Position numbers and translations under genes: made by a program. From Trichosphaerium sp. ATCC 40318 (Eukaryota > Protista > Tubulinea), in the NCBI GenBank assembly GCA_038496445.1, contig JALMLS010000368.1, forward strand, positions 124,001-188,000: a stretch of 64,000 nt of DNA, written 5' to 3'. The notes under the pieces were generated by a model. That model saw only the letters and a list, made by a program, of their open reading frames with translations. It did not search any database and had not been told where the DNA came from. This document shows positions 12,185-25,600 of the stretch, piece by piece. Position 1 is the first letter of the stretch. The number at the start of each line of letters is the position of its first letter.

Positions 12185-15100
12185 TTATTTTACACTGCTC
12201 ATTGTAGATACAGAGGCACTTTCTTTGAGTTCTTCGACAGCATTTAAATAGATTTTTAGCTCCTTCGCATTGCATCCGATCTGTAACCACGGGTGCTACA
12301 AGTTTGATATTTACTGTGACAGTTCTGTACTTTTTTTCGAATTGGGTTTTGGTACAATTTTTTTATCCAAAAAAAACAGAAAAAGACGAAGCGAGGTACC
12401 TTTAATAACACGCGCACAGGAGCACGTTTCTCAACGTCTTTGGTGAGGCATCTTTTCAAAAAGTCTTTCATTAACAACGACCTGTAATTTTGGGTAAATA
12501 CTAGTACTAAACACAGCAAGAACAAACTGTTGCAATACCATTTATCCGGTTCATCGAGCTTGGGAATGCCCTTTGTTGTAATAAGGAAGAGTGCCTGATG
12601 TGAAGGTCAGTATAATTACAATTAATGCCGCTATAAAAAAACCCCCAAAAACAAAGACAAACAGAACTGAAAACGCGGAGCTCCTCGTACTCTAAGTGGA
12701 GGGTTCTCCATGTATGGTGGTTCTCCATGGCACATTTCCATAATAAGTATACCCAAGCCCCATACATCAACTTTGAAGGAATAAGGTTTTCCTTTGATGA
12801 CTTCCTAAACAAAACCCCCGAGTTACTCAAAAACAGTGTAACAACACAGAAACGCCAAAAAAAAGCAAAAAAATGCTGGGTTGCTTACAGGTGCCATCCA
12901 GTAAGGTGTTCCTACAATGCTACGGCGCATCAGTCGTCCTTGTGTGAGTTGTGCAACGTAACCGAAATCAGCTGTACAAATATGTGATTTAGACAACTGA
13001 AAGAAAGTAAAGTCTGTGGAGGTACCTAGCTTAACTTGACCTTCTGATGTTATTAGAATATCTTGTTAGGAACAGTTAAGATAACAACAAGGGTCATGGG
13101 TGCTCGAAAAAAATTTAAATTGCAAAGCAAGTGGGATTGGATACTGTCGCTCTTTATGTCTCTGTGTATTCTGTAGTTGACATGCAAAAAGTTGATTGCA
13201 ATCAGCGTCTGTTTGACAATATATGCCATATGCTGTTCCGACAACCTCAACGATTCGTAAAAATCCAGCAGATTAGTGAGACAACCACCACCGCAGTGCT
13301 CCATAATGACCCACAGTATGTCATCAAATAGATATGCCTTTTCAAATTTGACGATATTATCGTGCTGTGAAGTCTTCATCAAGTAAATCTCTTGCATAAT
13401 AGCCACCCGATTCTTGGCGTCTACTTCCAATTTCTTTATGGCCACAGGCACGCCTTCGATTTGAGAGGCATAAACAGAGCCGACACCACTACAAGGCGAA
13501 CAATTATTAGAAAAACAAAACTAGTACTTGGAAACATTGACACATTGATCCGCGACTTACCCTTGTCCTATCTTTTCCAGTGGCTTGTCGAATATGTTAC
13601 CGGGGTTACCTTGAGTAACAAAGTCCGCTAATAAAATAAATTCACCGCAATAAATTAAAAGAAAAAATCGAAAACAAAAGAAAAAAAAAAGAGGGCATGT
13701 TGCAAACTTAAGTTAACATACATATGCTTATGGTTTGTCGTGGCGGTGGGTCGGGCATTGAAGATGATTTAAATTCTTGCCAAGCAGCCTGCATGCTTTC
13801 CGCTATAAGATTTTCTTGTGCCTCCATTGACATGTTTATCATTGCCTGAAATATTGAAACGTGTGAGCAACAATAGCTTGCCAGCAAACTTAAGAACAAA
13901 AGTGTTCCTTACCAACTTGAGATTGGAACTTGAGTCTGTCCTTCCTCTTGCTTCTCTCTCATTTCTACTTCTCTGTGGTACATGTCAGTGCATTTTTGTT
14001 GCATTGTGCATATTGCTAGCAATCGAGAAAGGAATATGTGTGCGCACGTCTTGGTCGTGTTGCAGTTGTGAACGTGTTGACCTTCTAACGTCCAGTTGTT
14101 TTCGGTTCCGAACATTTCGCCTGTCCCCAGTGTATTTGTCTTGAAACTCTAAGACCGATATGACCGCATTACTACATCGTTATGTTAGGGGTCATCTTTT
14201 TTTTTTTTTTTTCCATGCCTGTTTTGCATAACCTCTTGTTTAGATATTTGACCTTCAGTCAGATTTGCTTCCCATTCTTGTGGTATACCCTACAATCGAA
14301 AGTGTTGGTAGAAATCTCAGTTTTTAAAAAGAGACGACTGCAGACTAGGTAATTCTGTATGCGTACAACTAAACCTGTCTTGGAATTGAAGTTAACATGA
14401 ACTTTGTGTTCGACATCAAAAGGCTCGCTGATAAACTTTTCGTTTTGACCCCTCTTTTTCTTCTTGAAGGGATCGCTCATTTTGGCGTTCAGTGTATTCC
14501 AAATGCGGCGCGTAGATTTTTTCTTCTTGGTCTTGTTCTGTCTGGCTTCACGCTCTCGCCTTTGAGATCTTGGAGACAACGAACCCAAGTTTACGGGTGG
14601 TTTCTCATCTGAAACGCCTTCCAGTTCAAACAATCTTCGGTCTTCGTCTGTGGACAAAGTGCCCCTATAGAATCTCCCATGAGCAATGCGTAGCGCAAAC
14701 AAGATAAAATATCTCAAAAAGAAACCCCAATAAATCATTTTCCGATAGATAGCAACAATATTCTCGACTGACAAACCCGATTAAATACCAAAACGTGCCT
14801 TTCTGTAATAGAACCACTACGGTGCAATGCTGCTGTAGTGCCTTCTAGAGCAATAGATTAAATATGTTGTTTAGATCATTCAGTAGTACCGTTATCGCGC
14901 AAAGGTGGAAGAGCTTGGGACCTGGCAGTGGTAGCGGCCTAAATACAATGAACACTTTCGCACTACCAAATTTTACGTACCGGTTCTATTTCTGGAGAAT
15001 CATTTTCGACATTGCTATTTGGCACACTGTTTGCTCTACTAAAAAAATCTATATCGGTTTTGACAAGAGCTAAACGTACGGTCTATCTTTCGAGAGTGTG

Positions 15101-17094
15101 GCACTGTCAACTTGTGTATCCGTGGCACTTGGTTGTGTGTTTGCACCCAAATTCAAGGGAGGAATAGAGAGTGCTTTGCCCCTATCGCATCATAAATAAG
15201 ATGTTGGTTTACAATAAATGTAATGTACAGCGTAGACTTATCCATGCCCTTCCTGCTCAATCTAATAGAATAAGGTTCAACTGGCGCTTCTGAAAATTCA
15301 TCCGCTGATGCCAGTACAGCATCAAGGTTAGACAATTGCTCCTCTAGTGTGCCATTGCCATCACCGTGACATTCTCCAGCAGCAGTCTACGGACATAGAT
15401 TATTAGCCTCAATTGACAAAACATTCGATTTGATGGCATTGTAGCTACGCACAGAAATACTGCTCGATAATGAATTTGAGCGGCTTAATTGTACAAGACT
15501 AACTCGTGCACTGGTATTGGCAGATTGGATATTGACCTTGGTTTGTCTTGTGGCTTCATCCAATACAGGCGCCTTTTCTTGAAGGAATATTGGGAGGCTG
15601 CTTTGTGTGCTTGCACTAGACGACCTCTGCCGAGTGTGTCCCGTTTGGCGTGCTGACGGAGGTGACAATGTTACACGTGCAGTCGTTGCTATTGTATTGC
15701 CGCCAAACGAAGGCACTGCTGCCGATTTAATAGCTCGTCTTGCATTTTTACCAGAGCCACCAGTAGACGCAACAAGATTGGCGATTGGTGTTGTCTCTAA
15801 TGGCAATGGTGGAGGCGGTACTGAGGGACCATTATCGTCCGTGCTGTCAACAAACGGATCAAAAGGTTGCACAGTATTCTCTGGCCCCTCATACGGCCGT
15901 TTAGGCTGTTGAGACTTTTGCGTGCGATCCGTAGGCGGTGCGCGATTGCGTAAAAAGCTGAGGAGGATGTACATCTCTGCGCTCAGTATATCTAAAAAGA
16001 CTCAAGTAAGACTCGAGTAAGACTCTTGAAAAAAACCCAAAGAGTTTTGTATTGCATAAAGAAATGGGAATTTGTTTTGGCACGCACTATCAGGTACATG
16101 TATGCCTGTATCTTGTAAAATGAGGGACTTTATACTCGTCATTTCTACCAACGAATTTGGGAGTTCGTTCAATGACTTGTTCCTCGCTAGACTGATCTGT
16201 TGCAGCGCTGTCAAGCGATCAAATATGTCTGGTAATCTAACAAGCTCATTGTCACTCAGATTTAGTACTTTAAGTTTAGTGAGCTTGGCGAAGGCTGGAG
16301 GTAGTGTTTTTAGTTTGTTGCCTGTAAGTCGGCAACCCTCCAAGTTGACTAGGCAGGTTATTTGATCTGGTACTTGCGTTATATCGCAATCGATCAGTTT
16401 AAGGACGCGCAAGTGGCTCAACCTCTCGAAAATATGAGCTAGTTGGGGTACTGGCAATCCAATACCACGCCCTCGTCGTTTTTCTAAGGTCAAGCAAGTG
16501 CCACCTTTGGTGCTACACTACACAAAAGTGTCAACGTGAATTATGAAGAAACAGTAAAAAAAATGTGAGATAAGTGTAGCATGCGTACATCTAAGAAGGA
16601 ATTGTTGCCATCTGTCACACTTTTCAAATGTTCTAGACAGCTCTTATACACTGCCACCGTACTGAGAGTGGATTGCGCTAGGTCACACGACAGCAGTGTA
16701 AAGTTAGAGAGTGCGAGTACAGTTATGAACATGTGTATTGCTTTAATAGACAGGTTGTTGTCCCTTAATTAAATTTTGAGTGTGTACCGAGTACATGCTG
16801 TGGTGTAGCGTACCCTAGGTCTATTGTTTCGAGAGTTTGGTTTGTAGCCAGAGCTTTTGCTAGCCAAGCGAGTCCTGCGTCACCGATATCACAATTGTGA
16901 AGGTTTAGCTCTTTTAGGTACACATCAGTACGTAGCGTATTAAATAATTGCTTTAAAAAGCTTTCGCTTCTATACACCGCGTCAACGGCAGTTAAATCGA
17001 GCGTAGGTGGATGCTTCTCTTTTAAATTTGTAAGCCACTCCGGTTCTAAGCTTCGCGAAAAAACGTCCAGCGCTGTAAGTACGTCTTGAGCCAT
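12185..17094 (-). CDS. STE20/PAK-family kinase with N-terminal RNI-like and typical LRRs and a CRIB domain
   Basis: LRR segments LKELNLHNCDIGDAG and LKVLNLSDNELVRLP; CRIB ISEPFDVEHKVHV; kinase motifs VAIKK, HRDIKSD|NIL, DFG and GTPYWMAP. Small exons at 14.8-15.4 kb link the LRR and CRIB parts in consistent phase. Confidence 0.8.
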
Positions 17095-18163
17095 TGTTTG
17101 TGGCCCGATAACCTTTGTTTTGTTGGCTTATTGCACAAATACTACGGGAAGCATTAACACGCGCACGCTTGAAGTGTTGTGCACGACACTCAGATGAAGT
17201 TAAGGGCGTCCTCTAAGTCTTTACTCTGTTTGACCATTGGCAGCGAGTGTAATAATACATACTTTGTGATGTATTGTTGTCTGTTTACCCCTTCACCTAG
17301 CCTAGTAAACTGTGATCTGGTATCACAGTTTGCGTCAATTGAGGGTTTACTTGCCTTGGATACTCTATAAACTTTGTCCATGAGCCCCTTAACTTTTTTT
17401 TTTTTACAGTCTTTGGTTTTTTTATATTGGGCCCTCTAACTATTTATGTTCTCTAGGATTCATATTGACTATTTTACACCTCAATAGTAATGATACTCAT
17501 CCTATACATAAAACACACTAAGTAGAAGCAGTAAAACTAAATTCAGCTTCGAATATACAGTTTAGGGTATGTATTTGTTGAAGTTTGGTTGTTTTTTTGG
17601 CTTTGTTACACCTCCTTGTATTGCTCTAAAAACTTACCAATAAAGCATCCACACCCATTTGGTATGATTTCAAAAGGTTTTGGCTTCGAATATAAGGTTT
17701 AAAGATTGAATTTCTTATTTTAGAAAGTGAAATCTTAATTTAGTAATTTTTCTTTTTTACACACAGTTGAATTGGCGTTGAACTCTGGTATATTATCACC
17801 ATCGTATGGAAAGCATAAAAACCAAAATGAAGTTTGAATACTGGTTTTATACTAAGAAATGATGTAAAATCGTCTAAAACGCGTTTATAGTGTGGTGAAA
17901 TATGTTTTAGAGTGTTTTCGGAAATGGAAAGTGAGTTTAAACAGGTTTTTTTGTGCATTTTTTAAAGGCAACCTGTGTTGCTCTCGAGCTCAAAGGAGGA
18001 AGCCCTATATGGGTAGAATAACCAGTGTAAAAATTGGCAAATTTCAAGCTTTTCTCTTAATCCAGGAGAACGCCCTTAAGTGCGGAATTGAAATGCATTG
18101 TCAGTCCGTTACTTATTGGAAAATTGTGTCGTTTTTTTTGATTTCTTTTTTACACAAACTTTG

Positions 18164-21100
18164 CTATTTTTTCAAGTGGCCACATACCACACGCAGCAGT
18201 TTTACCATCAGTTCTCGTTGTTCTTCAGGTGACGGTTCTTCAGATTCGAGATCATTCGCGATCATAATCTTCCGTACGTCCTCAAATTCTTTTGAACCAA
18301 GGCATACGTGCAAGTACTCGATATACGCTTGAATCAGCGAGGATTGCACTTGGCCTACAGTGTATTTACTAAAAAGCGGGAGTGGTTTTTGGGTTTGACG
18401 TACTGTGTTTGCGTAACACATACTTAAGCAAGGCAAGATTTAGACCATAAGAAATATATTTTTGGTTCTTGGCAAACTTCAGGAGGTGTATAAAAGTATG
18501 TTCACTTGAGGCATCACCGTGAAGGTCCAGCATGCGTAGTACCAAATGCCATTTTTTGTGTGGCAAGATCTTGGCGAACCACTTGTACAACGTGCTCGCA
18601 AACATGACTGATGGAAACGCTAAATCGTATTAGAAAAATGTAAAATGTGACTTGATCAAGGGCTGGATGTACATTGCTCCTTAAGTTGACGGACAAGCTC
18701 TACAAACTTCTCTGGTTCTAACTCCATACCAAACTTTACCAAAATGGCATTATCTATAAATGGTATGAATGTGTTTACTAGTACAACATTGTGGAGACGT
18801 ACCAACATTAGGGGTGCGTGGGCCGTTGTGAGTAAGAATGAGGTTCTTGGCTTGTTCCAGTTTGTTCAGTTTAAGCAATGCTCTAGCTTTTACATGTGTC
18901 AAAGCTTTGCCCCGTGCAATGAGCTCAAAGAGCTCCTGTAAGTGTTTCTTTTCAGTGGTCGATTGTACTCGCCTATGTATGCAACGTGATTAGCAGTGAC
19001 TAGGCACAAAAAAAACTCTGCAACGAAAAATTTGTAGTTTCTTCGCACTTGTGGATAGCGTTGTTAACTGCCGAGAACACTTCCCAATGCATGTTGGCGC
19101 CATACACGCGCAACATTTTGATTAGAGTACTGCAGTAATCTTCAGTAACTTGCTCCCTGCGACAAGAGTGATTAGGAAAAATAAATATAAGACTTTACAA
19201 CATGTTATTGGTTTGCGTACTTGCGTGCTTGCCAAGCCAGGTGCAATGTCAATGCAGTTGCTATAGCCGTGCTTGTAGATTTCTTTGTTTCGCTGCCATT
19301 TAATACGTTCTTTGCCATACTGAGGAGTTGCAGAGTGCTTGTTTTCATTAATTTGTATGACAGGAGAATCGCCTTGTCTTTGTCCGTTAGCTCTTCCATT
19401 TTTTTTCCTTTGTAAATCATAGTTATCACTCTCTTGAACGCTGCTTGTAGTTGAGGTAGTTCAGTACTTGCAATTTGTGCAACTAATTGAACCAAAAAAC
19501 TCTACACAAGAAAAATGTGTCAACGAGGTTAAGCACGTGATATCTGGCACTGTTACATACCTGTTCTTCTTTGGTTTGTGGTACTATTAGTGGCAATGCC
19601 TGTATTAATAACTTGTTGTTGTTTAGGTTTTGTATAAATCCTTTGAGTAGGAGTATGCCTGCTTGTCCAGATATCGGATGGTTTGTTCTGTTGAGAGTAT
19701 GAATGAGAAAACGAACAAACCACTACTGTCAAATGACGCACTCGACCATGTGGTTAAAATAGTCTGAAGACAGCGTAATGTGAGACTCATTGTACACTGT
19801 CCCTAATGCCGCTAGCGCCTTTACAGTCTTGATTTTAATAATTAGTCGTTTGACGTGAGATGTTTGGTGGATCGACAAATGATACGACATACAAGTGATG
19901 GTTCCTCATTTTCGGCAATTGCTAAGAGTCTATCTTCGGCGCGTAATTTCAGGCTCTGCACACGCATGCCACCTTCCATATGATCAGCGTGGAATACTGT
20001 CTTGAAGTGTTGTACTCGAGCGGTACGTTGCAAGACAGGATTCTGTGGTTTGTACATTAAATATAGAAAGGGAGGAGGACTTGTGCAAATCGTACAATCA
20101 CTGCGTCAGAAAAGCCCGTTAAATGGGATGCACGGAAGCCAACTCCTGCAAAATGGCTATTAGGGGTTTTGTAGCGCACGTCATGGTACCGGTTAATCCT
20201 TGGAATGTGGTTGCTTGAGTTTCACAGCAAGCCTTGTCTGTGTAAAGCATATCGCAAAAGACACTCAAAGCTTGGCTAAACCAAGTCAGACGTTTTTGAA
20301 AGTAAGTCAAAAATTAACGCACGTTGTGTTTTTTGTACGCAAGTATTGTTGAATTTGCCAGTGCTATAGTGTTCGTTGGTGTTGAAAGGGCACATTGCAA
20401 TGGCGTACCTGCCAATTTCTGTCAATGTCGCTAGAAGGTATCTCTTGACGCTCTGCTGTGCGCTTGGAGCTGTTTTAGGCTTAAAAAAAAGTGTGAAATG
20501 CACTTACCAGTTCATAGGAAATACAACGCGTCCTTGGCCTGTTTTGCTTCCGTACTTTCGCATTCGGCTACATTTGTAAGGAAATAGCTAACTGGAGGAA
20601 CAAATACCGTAATATTCAGTAATACACGCCTCGCACAGAACATGGAGCTTAGTTGATGATTTTCACACCATTATTTCTATTGTTACAGTTGTTAGGTGGC
20701 CACCCAAAAGACAAGGGAAAAAAATAGTCAAGCCTATTCCAAGCAAGAAATTGTGTTAATCCATTTCGAGTTTGTCTTCGTCTGGTAGTTGCAGTTCTTG
20801 GACCATACTTGATGTAAATATTGCCGTGGGTTTATATACTTTATGGTAATGCTCTGTAGGTAGGCCAAGCGATTGTAATTGGTGTTGACAATCCTCCATG
20901 CAGAGTACTAATGACAGTGATTGCTCAATGTCTTCAACATCCGTAATGACCTGTTGGACAATACTAATTAAAAAGACACAAAACATGTGTTTTGAGGTAC
21001 CTGTCCACCACCTGTTGAAATGACTGTACATAAGGCATCGTACACATCTTGATTATCGAGAATTGAAGGCGCCAGAAAAAAAGTATGTTGTTTAAACACG

Positions 21101-22405
21101 GTCCCAGCTTCCTCAATCTCTGGGCATAGCAAGTATTGAGAAACATCTAGCAAACGAATAAGAAGTTTACTCGTGTGACTTGCTACCATTCATTACCTAA
21201 AAAAGAGCTGGCTTGTTCGCTTGCTGTGAGCCAAGTATCTCTTACAATCGGTTGTGCCAAGTTACGCGTACACATGTACTTGAGGGTTCGTGTACCACTG
21301 CTCTTGGCGACGAGGACAGTGCCCGTACTTAATATAGCGTCTGTAACCTTACCACCCAATGCATTGACAATGTCCGTCAGGTTTGCAGTAGCGCTAGAAC
21401 AAATACAAATCAGCACAACCTGCATCATCATCCAGGCACCGACTTTTTGGTTTCGGCACCATGCACCTACGTGTCGCCAAATCCAGTGAGCGCAACATAT
21501 AGTTCTGGCTCTGTTTCTTCGTGATCTTTTATGATATGGGCTTAGAATGACGTATTAGCGATCGATCACCTTCAATTCATCAACACGGGATACCGTACCT
21601 TCTATCTGGAATGGATCGAAACCTTCTTCGTCGAATTTGTCTTGTGCTGTCTTTTGTTGTTTGTAGAACGGCCCTGATGTGCGTTGATCATCCTCCTCTA
21701 CCCTGCTATCCATCGCACTGTATCTGACTTTGCCCTACAATTTTAAATCAACACGGCCACTAACTATAACCAAAAAAATCGTTTGGGATATTCTGCACGT
21801 GCAACTGTACCTTATGACGAAGTCGTGAAGACCGTCTTCTATTGCCTTTGGCAACGTCGTCGAGTATCTTGTGCTCAAGTTAGATCAGGACAAAAAATAG
21901 GGTGGAGTTGCATAAGCAAAACCACATGTGATACGCACGTTTTGTGCCATCTTTTTTATCTTCTTCGCTTTCTTTTTTGGTGGTTTGCGTTCTTTCTGTG
22001 GTTTGGGTTGCTCTTGACGTTTTCTCTTTTTTGCCACTTTTGGCCACGACTTGCGTTTATATACATAATCTGGTCGCTCTACAAATTTCGTACGCGTGAG
22101 TGAATGTAGTGAGCGACATTCGGGGAAAAAAAACTGGGGTCGTGCAAAGATTACGTACTTTGGCCTTCCAATCGCGAGCTGGATCGTCGAGGCTTTGTAG
22201 AATGTCTAAACCTTGGTTGTTTCACTCGTTTTGGCTTTTTAGGTGCAGTAAACTGAGGAACAAAGTTACATCCTCTCTAAAATACCATCAAAGCGTCACT
22301 TACCATACTCTTTGCGCCTCCGAGGCCTAATTGAGTGAGCAGCAGTTTATTGCGCTCAATCTTCTCTAATCTTTCTCTTTCATACTTTGATGCTGTATCC
22401 TCCAT
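18164..22405 (-). CDS. BRCT-domain nuclear protein with a long helical C-terminal region
   Basis: N-terminus MEDTASKYERERLEKIERNKLLLTQLGL; Lys/Arg-rich NLS-like region; BRCT-like LGGKVTD...LVAKSSGTRTLKYMCT...PIVRDTWL. Exon structure only partly resolved. Confidence 0.6.
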
Positions 22406-22611
22406 CGTTGGTGGCTAATACAAGCTAACACGGCACGCTAAATTGAATGTACAAAGAATTGAGGTTAAGTTATGCTAACCTTTTTCACAAATGTTTTCGA
22501 AAGAGTCAAAATGACGAAACTATATCAACACGTGCTTTGCACGCATTTATTTATTTATATGATTTGAACCATTAGAGCACTAGCCGCCCATGTGAGCCGA
22601 TTGTAGTTGAT

Positions 22612-25600
22612 TTACAATACCACGAAGTTGTGAAACTGAACAGGCTTCTGCCAACAACTCACAGCGATGTATCTAAAAACGCGTTAGTAAATACACGTTT
22701 TCAGTTTTATAGTACGAAAGCTTGGTGTGTGGATTGGGATCTACAAATTGCATGACTTGGTGGTTCGACAAGTTCGTCACAACCAATGTACCGTTGCTCT
22801 TGGTGTATTCAATGCGATAATTAACGTGCCTAAATATGAGTTAGCACTTTACTGGTGCTGGCTTCAACACAAGCATCATTGCGTACTTTCGCATGTCACA
22901 ATCACGTGTAAAATTAGGATTTTGCTTTACCTTATCCGCAGCCTATGCACGTGTTATTATGTTTCCTTCGCTTCAAAGAGAGCACGTAATTCAGGAGGAT
23001 TATACAAGTACCTTAGAATTGCACTTGGCAATCCATGTTTCTAGATCCTCGAAGCACGCAATGCCAATGTGGTAAACCTGTTGATTGTTCTTGGGGGTTA
23101 TTGACCAACAGTGCGAATCCTTTCTTTCAGACGACAAGGTAATAAAGATGTTCTGTCCGCATGCTTCAAATTCCAGTAAAACTGCGAAGCATTAAAATCA
23201 CGTGAAAAACATGCAATCGTGCCTTGGTCGGAACTAAATGAAACAGGTAGGTATGTTTCCCGGCATCTTTGAGCGGCTATGGTCATGCAAAAGCCTTGCA
23301 AACGATGTTATTGGTCAGAGCTCAAAACCTATATCGTAGCGTACCTTTGTACGTAGATTTGTTTTCATGCACCATGGCATCATACAGCTGCTTCTCAAAA
23401 GCAGGTTTAGGGTTCGTGTGTGGTACAACTTTGATAAAATCTGGACCTTTATCCCTTGTGCGACACATTAACGTCTTGTAATATTAAATTGAGTGGGTAC
23501 TTGAATTTCTCTCTTATGAGATCCAACGTTTTTTTCTCAAAGGATTTGTGAACTCCCTCTGGAATTATAATGGATTCTAGATTCTCTGTAAATTGCTTGC
23601 TATGTAACACTACTTAGAATCAAGTAATTTGTACCTATGTAGCCAATAGGTAGGAAACTTGGTAAATGACCTTCTATACAACAATGTGATTCAATATCCT
23701 TAATGTACATGGTAATCAGTTCTTCCGCCTTGGTAGGACGCTTGCCATACCTCCGTGGAATCGTCAGTAGCTGCAAGAATAATCCTTTTTAGGATCGTAC
23801 CGTAGGGTGTATTGAGCCATCATCTCTAGCGTCATTACACTCACCCAGTCTTGGCTTGCATGCACCTTGGCAGCATCAAAGTTCTTACGAGCGTCCTTTA
23901 TCTTATGTGCATATGGTCGAAATCTGCAACAAATATGTGTAAAACCCGTATGTCAGGTAGTGTGGCATGTGTGTACCCGCTGTCTTTGCTAGTTTTGGTT
24001 TGGAAAGATTTACCGCTATTGATTTTGGTGGCTGCATTAGGTGACCTATATACCACGTATCAACAACCATAATACAAGATGGGGAGGCAGATAAATAGAG
24101 GATGTCTCTAAACATAGTGTGCACACGCACATGTTAAAATCAGGGTGGTGCATCACTTCTGGCTGGAGGACCAGGACAATATCGCCATAGTTCGTATTTG
24201 TATGAGGACCTACAATACTGAAGGTGTGTTGGTGCGTCCCCATCTTCTCGTCAACAGAATAGCCAATCCCTAACCAACCAAATCGTTAACAAAACTTGTA
24301 TAGACCTATTTTAACGAGGTGTAAACCTTTAAATTTGTGTTTAAGCACGCATGATATTGTTTCATCTACAAGAGGCCGAATCTTGTTGACAAAGAAAGGC
24401 TTCAAATTACCAAACTTTGTATTCTCCAGCTTCGATATTTTTGCATCGTTATCGTCAGGTTTCGACTTGGAATCCTTTGGTATTTTGCTACGACTTAATT
24501 AGAAGGTTGAGGCTTATTAACTGCGAGGCGTACCCATTAATAATGAGTTTCATCCATTCATTGCTCTCTCGTGTTGGCGCGATTCTCTTTTCTTTCATCA
24601 AATTTCTGATTGCTGAATCTGATTGCAACTCAACCAAAGCTGCCTTACGCCTGTCTTTTTCCAGTAAAATTTGAAAGCTTTTTGACATGAGACATCCATG
24701 TCGCAACACCAGCTGGAAGATGTCTTTCCTAAAATCAAAGCATAGTTAGTCTTTCAGTTTCAGCTTCATTGCATGCCCTAGCCTGTGGACTGGTCTGAAC
24801 TGAGCTACTAACGCCAACATTTCCTTTGTTGGCACAAGGCCTGCTGTATCTTTGTAATTGTTTATGCATTCTAAATAAAAAAGTGGATCAGCCAAAATTA
24901 CAAATCACGTGATAATGTTTAACCAAGTTATGTGGTTTTTGAGTACCTCTCAAATATTCGCAGTTTTTTCGGAAATCAATATTTGTATTAAACCCTTAAA
25001 CGGTTCTGTCAGTTGTTCATCCTTAATATAAGTCTACAATCTACCTTCGATTTTACAGACGAGCTTAGTAAATTCTGCATAGTGGTGTTTCTTTGCAACA
25101 ACAGCAGAATGTGACAGAACTCTTTGGTTGCTACTTTCTGGCTCATCGTCTTCAGATTCTTCCTCCGCTTCATCCGTCAGTTCATCATCTGAATCATCAT
25201 CCCCATACGTGAATGTTCCTTCTTCATAATGCAGCAGGTGGTCGTTTTCCCTAGATTGTACCGTTATGCTATCTTGTTGTATGGGAATCCTTTCTTCATT
25301 CTCCTGAGATCTCAAGTTAGTATTGCAACAAGGTGGACCAGTACAGTACATACCTGTCGCACCAAATCTACGAGTGCTAGTGGTGGAACAACATGCCTCC
25401 GTTGTAGTGGTGGTTCATTGCGATGGCCAACAAACGTGTGCACTGGTTGGCGCATTGGCCTGGGCACAACAGAATGGGACTTGGCGCGCCTGTATGTCCT
25501 CGTTGTGAGATTGTGCAGTTCTCTATGAAACACAGCGAAATTACCACCTGGCAGTTGCCGTTCATCCATCACCGCCATGATAATTACCTCAAAGTAGCCA

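Noticed and set aside
15180-15260. Possible non-canonical (GG-AG or GC-GG) intron in the LRR-PAK gene
   Set aside because: A canonical GTACAT...GATAG intron of 47 nt in phase 2 restores the frame.
17197-17395. AAGTTAAGGG...CCCTTAACTT inverted pair suggesting a TTAA-target (Kolobok/piggyBac-like) MITE
   Set aside because: Only 10 bp match, mostly the putative TSD, and the inner termini diverge. There is no second copy in the window.
24990-25050. Apparent in-frame TAG suggesting stop-codon readthrough or reassignment
   Set aside because: It is removed by a GTAGAT...TTTAAG intron. Conserved genes (TBP, ETFA, Rab) read normally with the standard code and end in TAA/TAG/TGA.
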